Sequence record: OZ196212.1
Reading direction: 5' to 3' (one strand)
DNA length: 64,000 nucleotides
The translations under genes and the position numbers were made by a program. The notes under the pieces were generated by a model that did not search any database, had not been told where the DNA came from, and saw only the letters and a program-made list of their open reading frames with translations. Below are positions 9,734 through 19,717 of this stretch, in pieces. Numbering within the stretch: the first letter of the stretch is position 1; each line of letters begins with the position of its first letter.

Positions 9734-12700
9734 TTATACCTCATTGAACTCATTGAACATAGCGTCACCATTTGCACCGAAGCTCACATTCCCATTATAG
9801 TCAACATCTTCACCGTAACTCGGAAGCAGGGGCATTGACTCAGAGCCAGAAAGCAACTCTTCTAGTGTCGGTTGACTGCCGTCCATTACGTCGATTCGGG
9901 GTCTATAAAAGAACTGTTCAGTGTCAGTAGCAGAGCTTTGATACATAAACGCACGCATGTAGTTTTCAGTTGCACCGTCACCCATTGCGTAGTTCGTATT
10001 AATGCTACTCAAACGATTCCCGTCAACATCGTATATGCCATGATCAATATACGTGTCGTTGTCAGTCGTTCCGTTTGCATATACGTAAGCAACAAGAAGC
10101 ACCCATTCATTGTCAAAGTAATTTGTACCGTAATCAAAGTATGGATTCGTGTTTGCAGATCCACTCAAGTTATTTGTCCTTGACCCATTACACCCAACAT
10201 ACCAGTTGCCGTTACCACTCACGCTACGTCGCATCCACAGAGTAAATCTATGATGCTTCGCAGGGTTCATATTAACGTCATGTGCATAAAATCCACCTGA
10301 TTGAGTCGTCGAATCTTCTTTATAACCGCGCCACATCACGTCGTCTTCACCCCATGGGTTTTTCGCAACTGCAATGATCGCATTAGAGCCATACACATCA
10401 AATCCCGGCTGACTTCCTGTGGTTTCTAATGTCCATGTTGAATAGTCAAGCAATCCCGGACGATAATAGCTCTCGACTATCTCACCTGCGTGCATAACAC
10501 CATCTTTAGTAACTTGCGGCTTATGAAATCCACCAGTCGCAGCGTATTCTTTCGTGTAGTACGAAATTGAACCACTTGAAGCATCATAACGACGTCCATC
10601 AGAGAACTGAGTCAACAACTCGCCATTCTTGATGCCGATGAAACCCCATGTACCGCGAGACGCAATCGCATGATTCTCAGTGACCCCGAAGTATCGTTCG
10701 AAATATTCACGCAGTGTACCATCTTGCGTCGTACTTGCATCACATCGAGCAGCAGTCATCAGCCAACCATCTTCCATTCGATCAATCGCGTCTTTTAGAT
10801 GATTCGCAGCGGCTTGTGCTGAATCAGGAACATCGTTTGCCGAAGCGACAATCACTTCACCGTCGAACTCGTAATATTGAGCCGTTGTTCCAGAATACGT
10901 ATCAAGACCACCGAACGCACGAAGCGTCATTGTTTGATCGAATATACAGAAGTTAATACCGCGCCAAGAGTCAATATTACCCACCTTAACACCATTCAAA
11001 TACGTGCCAGTATTGCCGCTTGAGCTGCTTCGAATCATCAGCGTATTTTCACCGTCATGGTCCCAACCCTCTTGAAACTCTACTGCATGTGCATTGCCTA
11101 GATTATCAACAGACGCCTTCACGTTGTACAAACGAGAAACTTCATCGACTGACAGTGCTTTACCATGAATCGAAACTTCAGTAATATCGCCATTGAACGT
11201 AGCACCAGTCGTACTAGAATAAGGGTGCATATTCGCGCCAATAGTCCATACGTAGTTTTCTAGCGGCTGAATCACGCCTTCGCTATCAAGCGAGTTTGCA
11301 ACTTCACGCACACCATCGACAAACATGTTAGCTAATCGCGTATCGTAATCAAACGTCCATACATAGTGATGCCATTCGCCATCATTAGTATGCGTCGAAC
11401 AAATCGGGTCACTTGAACCCCAACCGTGCATTCTAAATCGATTGCCTTCAAGACACAGCAAAATAGCACCACCAGAGACTTGACTTCCCTCAGTATAAAT
11501 GCCATCATCGTATTTCATGAATGGGTTACGATTATCACCTTGTGTTGTTCTAGCCCAGAATGCAACTGATACTTGACGCGACATGTGATTCGCAGTTGTT
11601 CGAATATGTCTTCGAATATCATTCCAACCAGTACGTCCCGAAGACGGGAAGTGAAAATGACCAGAACCGCGTTCAGTGTCGTTCTCAACATAAGATGGCG
11701 CATAGTCGTATTCAAGAAGAGCATTGTTCTCTAGACCAGTCATATCAGAGACGATAACATCGTCAGCACTGAATTTGCGATATGGGTTTGCCACGTCACG
11801 ATGGCATTCAAATTGAATGTCTTTCGCTTCCATCGTCGCGCCCTCGACTGAGTAATGACCATAGAAGTAAATCGTAATAGAACGATTCACATCAGTGTCA
11901 GAGCCAACAGTCGTCGTATACGATTTGCGTTCCCATTCACCTGCAACGTTTTGCGTGTGTGTTATCTTACCAGATTCCCACTTTGTAGAGTTATCAGCTC
12001 GACGCGTGTAAAATCCAACGTTGAACGTCGCGCCAGTGTGAGTTGAACGCTGCGTCCATGAGACTGTGATTCGGTCGCCAACTTCAAGACCATAATCAAC
12101 TAAATTCCCATGACCGCATGAGATACCCATCCAACGATCCCCGTAACCAAAACGCTGATTATCATTGATATGGCGCATTACAGCTTTACCGTCAATATTC
12201 ACCCATTTCGCGTGATAGCCAATTTCCGGATCAGGGACGCCGCCATTGTAGCCACTTGACCAACTTTCACACAAGATCGCGTCTTTGTTCAGTTCAGTGT
12301 CCCATGTTCCGTTGACGTACGCAGCACCCGGTAGAAAATCAGGGTTACGCGTGCTGTTACGCGGTAGAAACTCGTTCGCCCCGTTCATGTTCCACTTTGC
12401 AACTGTCCCAAGTGCGATGTCTTTCATTTCACGATCTGAAATCGCGTTGTCGTAAAAGCGAACATCTTGCAATCGCACACGAGCACTCGTGTGAGCAATC
12501 AATGTCACTGCCCCAGTAGGTGGTGATATATCATTCGATACGTTAAACATACGATCAAACTCTGCGTTGATGTATATGCTAACTCTCGTCGGAGTTCTGC
12601 GTATTGTTACGTGATGCCAATCAGCAATAGGCCCGACCCGATAATTGGTTGTAACAACCCCATTACCACTAGTTGCGCCATTGAACCAGTTACACCAGTA

Positions 12701-13018
12701 ATCATATTGATTGACATCATCATCAATATTACCACGCTCAAAACGCACCGTTGCTGCGCCAGTCGATGGTTGATAGCTAACAATGTCAGCCCAATCAGAC
12801 CCATCAGAATCACCTTGCACCCAGAAACACAATGTAGCCTCGTCGCCTGAGAGAACTTGATCAAGTTGTTCATTTTTATCGATGTGCAATGTACTCTCAA
12901 GTACATTGCCCCCAATCACACCATTTCCGCTTGTCGAATTTGCACCATGTGCGTGATTCTCAAACCCACTCCAGTCATTGGTGTCTTTGTGGAGCGGGTA
13001 CCATGCTAATAATGCCAT
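9734..13018 (-). CDS. multidomain tail adhesin (LamG/concanavalin-like domains plus ILEI-like domain)
   Basis: WHHVTI/WHHYVWTFD...FNGDITEVSIHGKALSVDEV LamG motifs; WRGINFCIFD...RGTWGFIGIKNG ILEI-like pattern. Confidence 0.7.
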   Translation of the reverse strand: MALLAWYPLHKDTNDWSGFENHAHGANSTSGNGVIGGNVLESTLHIDKNEQLDQVLSGDEATLCFWVQGDSDGSDWADIVSYQPSTGAATVRFERGNIDDDVNQYDYWCNWFNGATSGNGVVTTNYRVGPIADWHHVTIRRTPTRVSIYINAEFDRMFNVSNDISPPTGAVTLIAHTSARVRLQDVRFYDNAISDREMKDIALGTVAKWNMNGANEFLPRNSTRNPDFLPGAAYVNGTWDTELNKDAILCESWSSGYNGGVPDPEIGYHAKWVNIDGKAVMRHINDNQRFGYGDRWMGISCGHGNLVDYGLEVGDRITVSWTQRSTHTGATFNVGFYTRRADNSTKWESGKITHTQNVAGEWERKSYTTTVGSDTDVNRSITIYFYGHYSVEGATMEAKDIQFECHRDVANPYRKFSADDVIVSDMTGLENNALLEYDYAPSYVENDTERGSGHFHFPSSGRTGWNDIRRHIRTTANHMSRQVSVAFWARTTQGDNRNPFMKYDDGIYTEGSQVSGGAILLCLEGNRFRMHGWGSSDPICSTHTNDGEWHHYVWTFDYDTRLANMFVDGVREVANSLDSEGVIQPLENYVWTIGANMHPYSSTTGATFNGDITEVSIHGKALSVDEVSRLYNVKASVDNLGNAHAVEFQEGWDHDGENTLMIRSSSSGNTGTYLNGVKVGNIDSWRGINFCIFDQTMTLRAFGGLDTYSGTTAQYYEFDGEVIVASANDVPDSAQAAANHLKDAIDRMEDGWLMTAARCDASTTQDGTLREYFERYFGVTENHAIASRGTWGFIGIKNGELLTQFSDGRRYDASSGSISYYTKEYAATGGFHKPQVTKDGVMHAGEIVESYYRPGLLDYSTWTLETTGSQPGFDVYGSNAIIAVAKNPWGEDDVMWRGYKEDSTTQSGGFYAHDVNMNPAKHHRFTLWMRRSVSGNGNWYVGCNGSRTNNLSGSANTNPYFDYGTNYFDNEWVLLVAYVYANGTTDNDTYIDHGIYDVDGNRLSSINTNYAMGDGATENYMRAFMYQSSATDTEQFFYRPRIDVMDGSQPTLEELLSGSESMPLLPSYGEDVDYNGNVSFGANGDAMFNEFNEV

Positions 13019-13027
13019 TGTATTACC

Positions 13028-14668
13028 TTATGCAAAAATAAAGTCAATTGAGTTCGTTGAAGAATTGTACTCAATCGACGCTGTTCCATCGTCAAATTTC
13101 ATTTCAGAACGACCATCGTGTTGCACGATACTATCGTTGTACGTCATTGCGTCTGTATTACTCGCACTTGATGTTGAATCAATTCGAAGCGTATTCCTAC
13201 TACCTGCACCTGCACGCAATTCGATACCCTCAGTCGGACCCGTGCCGTCACCATCAGCTTGTATGATTACACTCGCATTACTTTGCAATGTCGGACCCGC
13301 ATTACCGCCCATCAAATCTAAGAAGTAACCAGTTGATGTACCGACAACCCACGCACTACCCATCGTCAAGTTACCAGTCATTGTGTCGCCCGATGCGTTT
13401 ACATAACGACCATCAAGTTTTGACGTGTAGTTGCCCATGTGAACAACATCATGTCCGTTAAACTCAAGCGAATTCACATTAGCTGCGCCACCTGCTACGC
13501 GTAGCGTATTCAAACCAGCTTTCAAGTTCAAGTATCGAGTAGTTTCATTATCGTTCGAGTCTGCTTCGATTGTGATGTCACCAACCGACTCCATCCAAAT
13601 ATTCGTCGAATTGAATTTCAATGCGTAGCTCGAAGACTCACCCTCGAATCCGTAACCCGAATCAAATGTGATATTCGACCCCTTCATGTCCAAGCCACCG
13701 TTGGCAAGAAATTCCCACTTGTTACCAGTCATTCGGTTACCACGAACGCTAATCAACGAGCCGCTTGCCTCACCTAGATACGTCGTGTCTGAATAAAGAT
13801 ACGTCGTACCAACACTTGATTGAATGTAGAAATCACCATCTTTGAACGCTGTACGACCCGCAAGATCGCTGAAGAAATAGCCATTGCCTTTAGTATCACC
13901 GATATACAAACGTTCGTCGGCAATCAAATGATTTGATGCACGAATGTTACCGATACCCTTCCATTCATATGAGTTCATACCCAAACGCGTGAACTGAACG
14001 ATATCATCACCATTATCGTTATTGATGTATCGGACGTTACCGTCTGCAATAGTCCCACCGAAAGTCATCCACGTGCCACCAGTACCGCTGTACTCAATAG
14101 AACTCTTGGCGTCAATCCCCGCGTTGAATATCACAGCACCGGTAAACGTATCGCCTGCAACGTTAGCATAACGACCGTCTAGTGTTGAGTTAATGTTGTC
14201 AGTGTGCAGCATCATTCGATGAGCTGAACCGTCATAATACTGAAATTCACCGTCATGACCGAACTGCCAGTATTTCGGGTTCGAACCGTACGTACTTGCA
14301 ATTCTCAACTCATTGCCCGTTAGCCCCGACGTGGTCCCGACGTAACGAATTTCCCACGAATATGATGTACTAGCCGTACCATTACCCATCGCAATCCAGT
14401 TGTCATAACCGCCAAGGTCGGGGTGTGTTAAGTCTAGAGCACATCCATTAATGACAGGGATGTTTAACGTACCAGACATCGTATCACCGCTACGCTTAAC
14501 AACAGATTCGGTCAAATCAGTATGCGGGTCTGGCTTATCGTTTTCGGTGAATACTTTATAGCCGTCGTAAAGTACAGTCTCGCCCTGTGGGTCAAAACGT
14601 AAATTACCTCCATGCCATACTATGTTACCGCCAATTGCGGTAGTTGATCTTAATTCTGCCATTAGCAT
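13028..14668 (-). CDS. tail fibre/connector protein (likely start 14662)
   Basis: N-terminus identical to 5319..8045; LDGRYVNASGDTMTG fibre motifs. Confidence 0.8.
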   Translation of the reverse strand: MLMAELRSTTAIGGNIVWHGGNLRFDPQGETVLYDGYKVFTENDKPDPHTDLTESVVKRSGDTMSGTLNIPVINGCALDLTHPDLGGYDNWIAMGNGTASTSYSWEIRYVGTTSGLTGNELRIASTYGSNPKYWQFGHDGEFQYYDGSAHRMMLHTDNINSTLDGRYANVAGDTFTGAVIFNAGIDAKSSIEYSGTGGTWMTFGGTIADGNVRYINNDNGDDIVQFTRLGMNSYEWKGIGNIRASNHLIADERLYIGDTKGNGYFFSDLAGRTAFKDGDFYIQSSVGTTYLYSDTTYLGEASGSLISVRGNRMTGNKWEFLANGGLDMKGSNITFDSGYGFEGESSSYALKFNSTNIWMESVGDITIEADSNDNETTRYLNLKAGLNTLRVAGGAANVNSLEFNGHDVVHMGNYTSKLDGRYVNASGDTMTGNLTMGSAWVVGTSTGYFLDLMGGNAGPTLQSNASVIIQADGDGTGPTEGIELRAGAGSRNTLRIDSTSSASNTDAMTYNDSIVQHDGRSEMKFDDGTASIEYNSSTNSIDFIFA

Positions 14669-14721
14669 AATCCCATTTATTAGATATATGCTTGTATTTA
14701 GTATAGCCGAAAAAAAGGACG

Positions 14722-15246
14722 CTATCTGCGTCCTTTAGTTTTGTTTCTTTTTAGTTTTCGTTTGAGCTTGCGAACTTCTTTACGCTTCGCGATTTTATCA
14801 GCTCGTCGAACCGCGTCATAATCCGCAGCACAAGACGCTGCAAACGCATCGGGCTTGAATACTGGCTCTTGACCCACATATCCGAAGATCGTGCCCTTAG
14901 CTTCGTTATACGCGACGCTAGACTTGTGTTTAGGGTCTGGGTTAATGTCAACGTGTACTTCAAAGCCGCGAGGGCCGCACATTGGCTTAACTTTCAACGC
15001 ACATTCACCTGCTTTGTATACTTCGTTCATCAAGCGGCTACGAATACCATCAGTAGATGACATATAGGCTTTCTCAGTTTCGATTGTTTTGAATACTTGA
15101 GCGCCTTTACTGCCTTCCAAGTGAATTATGATTACAGTCGCGTAACTGATCATATCACTTTTTCGTTTACTGTCACACCCAACATAGATCGTGCTACTCG
15201 GGTGACTATTTTGAATCGCTGTTTCTACAGCTTCCCAATCGAACAT
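14722..15246 (-). CDS. YkuK/DUF458-like RNase H-fold protein
   Basis: IYVGCDS...YATVIIIH...LMNEV...EVHVDIN...AASCAAD. Confidence 0.75.
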   Translation of the reverse strand: MFDWEAVETAIQNSHPSSTIYVGCDSKRKSDMISYATVIIIHLEGSKGAQVFKTIETEKAYMSSTDGIRSRLMNEVYKAGECALKVKPMCGPRGFEVHVDINPDPKHKSSVAYNEAKGTIFGYVGQEPVFKPDAFAASCAADYDAVRRADKIAKRKEVRKLKRKLKRNKTKGRR

Positions 15247-15295
15247 GTTTCACCTCGTTACAAAAAAGGGTAGCGACGTGCTACCCTCTGTGTAC

Positions 15296-16729
15296 TTATA
15301 AAGCGTATCGGTCGACACCGACAGTCTTCAGCATGATTTTCACTGGCTCAAGCTCACCACCCAACAGCGACGTTAGAATTGAAGGGCTGCAACCCGACAC
15401 TAACGCTGTGTTCGCTTCACCTGATTTAACAGGCACGTTGTCTAGACGACCACGCAAGTTCCAGAACACTAGTTGCGGCATTTCGTAGCCCGCGTTCGCA
15501 TACATGACTTTGATTGCATCGAAGTTCGTAGTGTTACGAGTATGCCAGCCACCGCCAGTACGAGCTTGATCGAATTCCATATCGCTCATGATAAGCAATT
15601 TGGTTGGCATTTCGTCTTGCGACAAGTTTGCCGTACGAGCGCGTTCAAGAAGAACTTCGAAGCATCGTGTGATGTTCGTGCTCATATCTTCGCCAGATCG
15701 TTGCATGTTGTCAAGACGCGACTTCAAGCTATCACCCGTCAACTTGTGAAAGTGCGGATCACTTGAGAACGAAATGAATTGATCTTTGAAGATACCCTCA
15801 TTACGTTCAGCGACGTAGATGCCAAGAGACATCGCAACTTCTTTACAAGTCACACTACCACCGTGTTCACCGTTGATACCACAGCCCATAGAGCCAGAAA
15901 CATCAACAACTGGAATCACGCGCTCGTCAGAGCCTTCCATGTAGTTCGGTAGAGCTTTCCATTGCTCATTTGCAACACGATGGTCACCCATTTTAACGCT
16001 GCGAACAACATCGTATGGGTAAACAGCACCTGCATTGATCTTCGCTTCACCTTTCACAAGCGATGTGATGTACTCACCGTATGCAGATTCAGCGTTACGA
16101 CCGAATGCTTTCTGATAGCGTGCAGACGCTACAGATGGCAGTTTGCCGAACTCGATCTCGCCCCAATTACGAGCACACATCTTCTGTTCAACAGTGTCAG
16201 ACAAAAGAGAGATCACTTTACGCCACTGCTTCGCGTTTACACCAATCGACTTGATTGTGCGCTTGAACACGACTGCGTTTTTGCTGCGCTCACGAGGAAA
16301 CCACTTAGCAGCAAGCGCGTTTTTGTCATTGACAATCGCGTGTGTCCACAGAGTGATAGCATCAGCTTCAAGAGAAGTACCGAACGCAGATACTAAGTCA
16401 TCGAAACGACCAAGTTCTGGGATCTTGCGCATAACTAGACGCGCTACTTCTGGTTGTTCTTTACACAGACGTGCAAAGATTTTGCGGAAAGTACCGCGCT
16501 CACCTGCACCGCCACGCACGTCGCGAGACCATAGCAAGATGCGAGTTGCAAGCTCAGGGTTTTCACCGAATGCGCGATTAAACGCAGTTAGTGACTGATC
16601 ATTACCGCGCATAGCGCCGATAGTGAAGAACAAGTTTAGACACTCGTTACCCGAAGTGCTGTGTGTTACTGCACCGTTTGCTGTACGTGAATCGTTAGAT
16701 TGCATAGCGTTCATAAATAAACTAGTCAT
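15296..16729 (-). CDS. DUF2828 plus vWA domain protein (TROVE/Ro60-like architecture)
   Basis: TANGAVTHSTSG..LNLFF, RDVRGGAGER, LAAKWFPRE, GAVYPYDVV, MIDAS DVSGSM and SDMEFD; ATG 16729 has a GGAG RBS. Confidence 0.85.
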   Translation of the reverse strand: MTSLFMNAMQSNDSRTANGAVTHSTSGNECLNLFFTIGAMRGNDQSLTAFNRAFGENPELATRILLWSRDVRGGAGERGTFRKIFARLCKEQPEVARLVMRKIPELGRFDDLVSAFGTSLEADAITLWTHAIVNDKNALAAKWFPRERSKNAVVFKRTIKSIGVNAKQWRKVISLLSDTVEQKMCARNWGEIEFGKLPSVASARYQKAFGRNAESAYGEYITSLVKGEAKINAGAVYPYDVVRSVKMGDHRVANEQWKALPNYMEGSDERVIPVVDVSGSMGCGINGEHGGSVTCKEVAMSLGIYVAERNEGIFKDQFISFSSDPHFHKLTGDSLKSRLDNMQRSGEDMSTNITRCFEVLLERARTANLSQDEMPTKLLIMSDMEFDQARTGGGWHTRNTTNFDAIKVMYANAGYEMPQLVFWNLRGRLDNVPVKSGEANTALVSGCSPSILTSLLGGELEPVKIMLKTVGVDRYAL

Positions 16730-16765
16730 TGCTGTAAGCTCCAAATATCAAGGATCAGAAAAATA

Positions 16766-17356
16766 ATGTTTCATATTGTATATCAAATAACAAATTTAAT
16801 AAACAACAAAATTTACGTCGGTAAGCATTCAACCGAAAACATTCATGACGAATACATGGGTTCGGGAAAGCTTTTGCTCAGAGCCATTAAAAAGTATGGC
16901 AAGGAGAATTTCACAAAAGACATACTGTTCGTATCATTAGACGAAAAGGATGCATATAAAGCAGAACATGAGATCGTGAATGAAGATTTTGTTCTCCGTG
17001 AAGACACATATAATCTCAAAGTTGGCGGTCTTGGTGGATCATCAGGAATAGAATCTCCATGCAAAGGTCGTCAACTGAGTGAAGATACTAAACTAAAAAT
17101 GAGAAAAAGTAAACAATTTTCTCAAAAACATTTAGATTATCTCTCAACTAAATTATCTGAGTACAACAAATCTAGACAAGGTGTTCAAAGAGACGATCTA
17201 AAGGGTAACTCAAACCCAATGCATCGAGGTAATTGGCATACACCCCACGGAATATTTGAAACATCAAGCGAAGCAGCGTGTGCCATAAAATGTAGTCAAT
17301 CAACAATTGTTAGACGTTGCAAAAATCCAAATTTTGAGGATTGGTACATCAAATAA
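16766..17356 (+). mobile_element. free-standing GIY-YIG homing endonuclease (Seg-like)
   Basis: IVYQITNLINNKIYVGKH...YMGSG; AT-rich; opposite orientation to its neighbours. Confidence 0.85.
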
Positions 17357-17665
17357 CTATCGTTGTCTGTGCAACGATGTGCCATTCTTATGAATTTCGA
17401 TCAGAATCGTGCCGCCAGTTTCGTAGTTCGTACGAACAGAACGATAGTCGTATTTCTCAAAGAAGTTGCGAATAATAGTCGCACCTTTCTTATCAGTATC
17501 GGTAAGATGCACATCAACTTTGATGCGAATCGGGAAATCTGCGTTATTCTTGACAGCCGCCATGAATTCGCGTTCGCACTGCTTAGTGTAGTGCTCAGAA
17601 AGAACGCGACGTTCTTCTAGCACTCGCTCTTCGATGTTTTTACGTAGCTCGTCATGTTTAATCAT
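17357..17665 (-). CDS. hypothetical protein
   Basis: MIKHDELRK start inside the track ORF. Confidence 0.65.
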   Translation of the reverse strand: MIKHDELRKNIEERVLEERRVLSEHYTKQCEREFMAAVKNNADFPIRIKVDVHLTDTDKKGATIIRNFFEKYDYRSVRTNYETGGTILIEIHKNGTSLHRQR

Positions 17666-17667
17666 AA

Positions 17668-17994
17668 TTAAGAACCGTGATTTTTGTTGATAGTTAGTGT
17701 AACGTATGAATACGAACAAGAATTGTATTCACGCGGGTCAGAATCAGTGCGACCGAACTCGGCAGTGAAGTTATTAAACCCCTCTTTGCGCATAAGCTCT
17801 TTGATGATCGTCATGAACTGCGAGTTTGCTTCTGTTTGACTCTTCAATGTCACTTGAACAGTCACAGGAAACGCATAGCCATTCACTGAGTTGATTCGTT
17901 TCTCGAACGATTTGCGCATATCGCGACCAAACTCTTCCATGCGAGTCGTCTTGTTGTTCTCAACGCGTTCGACTAGTTGTTCGTATAAACTCAT
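17668..17994 (-). CDS. hypothetical protein
   Basis: MSLYEQL start, tightly packed operon. Confidence 0.65.
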   Translation of the reverse strand: MSLYEQLVERVENNKTTRMEEFGRDMRKSFEKRINSVNGYAFPVTVQVTLKSQTEANSQFMTIIKELMRKEGFNNFTAEFGRTDSDPREYNSCSYSYVTLTINKNHGS

Positions 17995-17995
17995 A

Positions 17996-18295
17996 TTACA
18001 CCCCAAGAACATTTGGCAATTGCGAAATGGTATATGTGCTTTCTTGCACACGACCGCGAAACTTCACAAGCATACGATGACTGAAGTCGTCTGGGTGCTC
18101 ATCTAAAAGATCAGCATACTTCCACAAGCCACATTCATTGCGCATACTCTGACCGATTGAGTGATGATACACTGCTAAATCAGATTCATCAGCAAGAAAC
18201 GCTTCACGATGCTCTTTCGGAGTATCTTGCCAGATGCCTTTTAACCAACGCTGACAGTGCGCTTCTAAGATCTTTTTAACAATTGCAGTTTTCAT
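17996..18295 (-). CDS. hypothetical protein
   Basis: coupled ORF. Confidence 0.65.
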   Translation of the reverse strand: MKTAIVKKILEAHCQRWLKGIWQDTPKEHREAFLADESDLAVYHHSIGQSMRNECGLWKYADLLDEHPDDFSHRMLVKFRGRVQESTYTISQLPNVLGV

Positions 18296-18660
18296 TGATA
18301 GTCCTTAATGTCGTTGTCGAAGTGACGAATGCACGAGCTATCAAGTCTCGGGCGATCATCGTCTTCAGTGATTGATGGTAGTGTGTAATTATCGTTGAAC
18401 GGCTGACCGCTTGCTTTAGCGATTTCGTACGCGTCTGCACGATTGAAATACTCACCACAATAGTTGATGAAACCTTGCCCGCGATCACCGAGTTCTTTTC
18501 GATGTTCGATTGTACAGCCCGCTTTCTTCAGTGCTTTCATTACACCAGACATGTTGCGACCGAAGTGACAGCTATCAGCTATCACAAGTTCTTCAGTCGA
18601 ACCATCGGGGTATGTTACGCGTATCGCGTTTGCAGCAGCAGAAATAATGTTTACGTGCAT
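18292..18660 (-). CDS. conserved phage hypothetical protein
   Basis: QGFINYCGEYFNRADAYEIAKASGQ resembles a widespread phage motif. Confidence 0.65.
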   Translation of the reverse strand: MHVNIISAAANAIRVTYPDGSTEELVIADSCHFGRNMSGVMKALKKAGCTIEHRKELGDRGQGFINYCGEYFNRADAYEIAKASGQPFNDNYTLPSITEDDDRPRLDSSCIRHFDNDIKDYQ

Positions 18661-19007
18661 GTATCGAGCCTCATAAAAATGTTACCGATTTTCTTGTACT
18701 GTTTAGACGCCATGATCATGTTCGTCATCTTCAAGTTACCGACCGGATTGCTCGTTACAAGAACAATCGTGTACGGATAATTGCGATGATCCATAGCGTG
18801 TGATAGAATATCGCTTCCCTCTTTGCCGACTACATCACCGAGATCATTGTCCATTAGCAACGTAATGTCAGTCAAGTTCGTGTGCTTCACGAAATTCATT
18901 CCCTGTTCGAACGTTCGAAGTGTCAGCTTTTGAGCTGCATTCACTGTGTCGTTCGTCAACTTGTTGATGTCTCGAAGATCATCAATCAAAATATACATGT
19001 GTTTCAT
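18651..19007 (-). CDS. cyclic-phosphate-processing receiver (cREC)-like protein
   Basis: ILIDDLR...RTFEQG...LMDNDLG...G.DIL. Confidence 0.6.
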   Translation of the reverse strand: MKHMYILIDDLRDINKLTNDTVNAAQKLTLRTFEQGMNFVKHTNLTDITLLMDNDLGDVVGKEGSDILSHAMDHRNYPYTIVLVTSNPVGNLKMTNMIMASKQYKKIGNIFMRLDTCT

Positions 19008-19255
19008 TACACAACCTCTAACCAATATGCTAATTCATTTGCTGAAGCTAAAGCAGGCGTATAAGAAATCCAGTAGTCTAGATTCTGAGTCATCGACTCA
19101 AGATAGCAATACTCTGAGTCTGCGCTGAAACGATAAATAAACTCATCGTCTTTATACGCATCGACCACTTTAGAACGAGGATTGACTTTAACATCGAACC
19201 CCGCGTTCTTAAACAACGCAATTGCTGTCTCGTGTTCTGCTTCAAGTAGCGTCAT
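19007..19255 (-). CDS. hypothetical protein
   Basis: MTLLEAEH start, coupled ORF. Confidence 0.6.
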   Translation of the reverse strand: MTLLEAEHETAIALFKNAGFDVKVNPRSKVVDAYKDDEFIYRFSADSEYCYLESMTQNLDYWISYTPALASANELAYWLEVV

Positions 19256-19314
19256 ATTATTCTCAGTAGTTGTTTTGATAAATACAAGATACAGAAAAAC
19301 TATACGAGTGTCAA

Positions 19315-19683
19315 ATGAAAAGTGAAAAAAGAACAGACTTTTCTTCGTATCTAGAGGAATCATGGATTCAGAAGAAATACACAGAGTATCAAAATGGGGC
19401 TGAAGCGCGTGCTATGAGACGCATCGGCAAACATCTAACGCGACTGAACAAGCTTGAGAAGAAAGCCGAATCAAACAAACACAAGCCAGAAGTGCAACGA
19501 TTCAACTTGATGGACATTTCATTGACGGTAAATGAAGCTAGACACGACATCAAGAAGCTTCGACGCAAGAACATGAGCAAAGACATGCACGATGAACTAA
19601 TCGAAGTAGAGCGCGAACTAGACCGATTTAAGCAGTATTCCGATGAGGGATTGAACTACTTGATGATTAATCAGTTAATTTAG
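19315..19683 (+). CDS. late hypothetical protein with possible capsid-targeting leader
   Basis: GATAAATA at 19277-19284; N-terminal TDFSSYLEE. Confidence 0.6.
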   Translation: MKSEKRTDFSSYLEESWIQKKYTEYQNGAEARAMRRIGKHLTRLNKLEKKAESNKHKPEVQRFNLMDISLTVNEARHDIKKLRRKNMSKDMHDELIEVERELDRFKQYSDEGLNYLMINQLI

Positions 19684-19717
19684 ACCAAAAAAAGCCCGCT
19701 AAATGCGGGCTTTGTCG

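Noticed and set aside
18181-19240. CAGCAA/TTGCTG hexamers inside coding genes
   Set aside because: Expected by chance; no flanking stem or ACG/TG signature.
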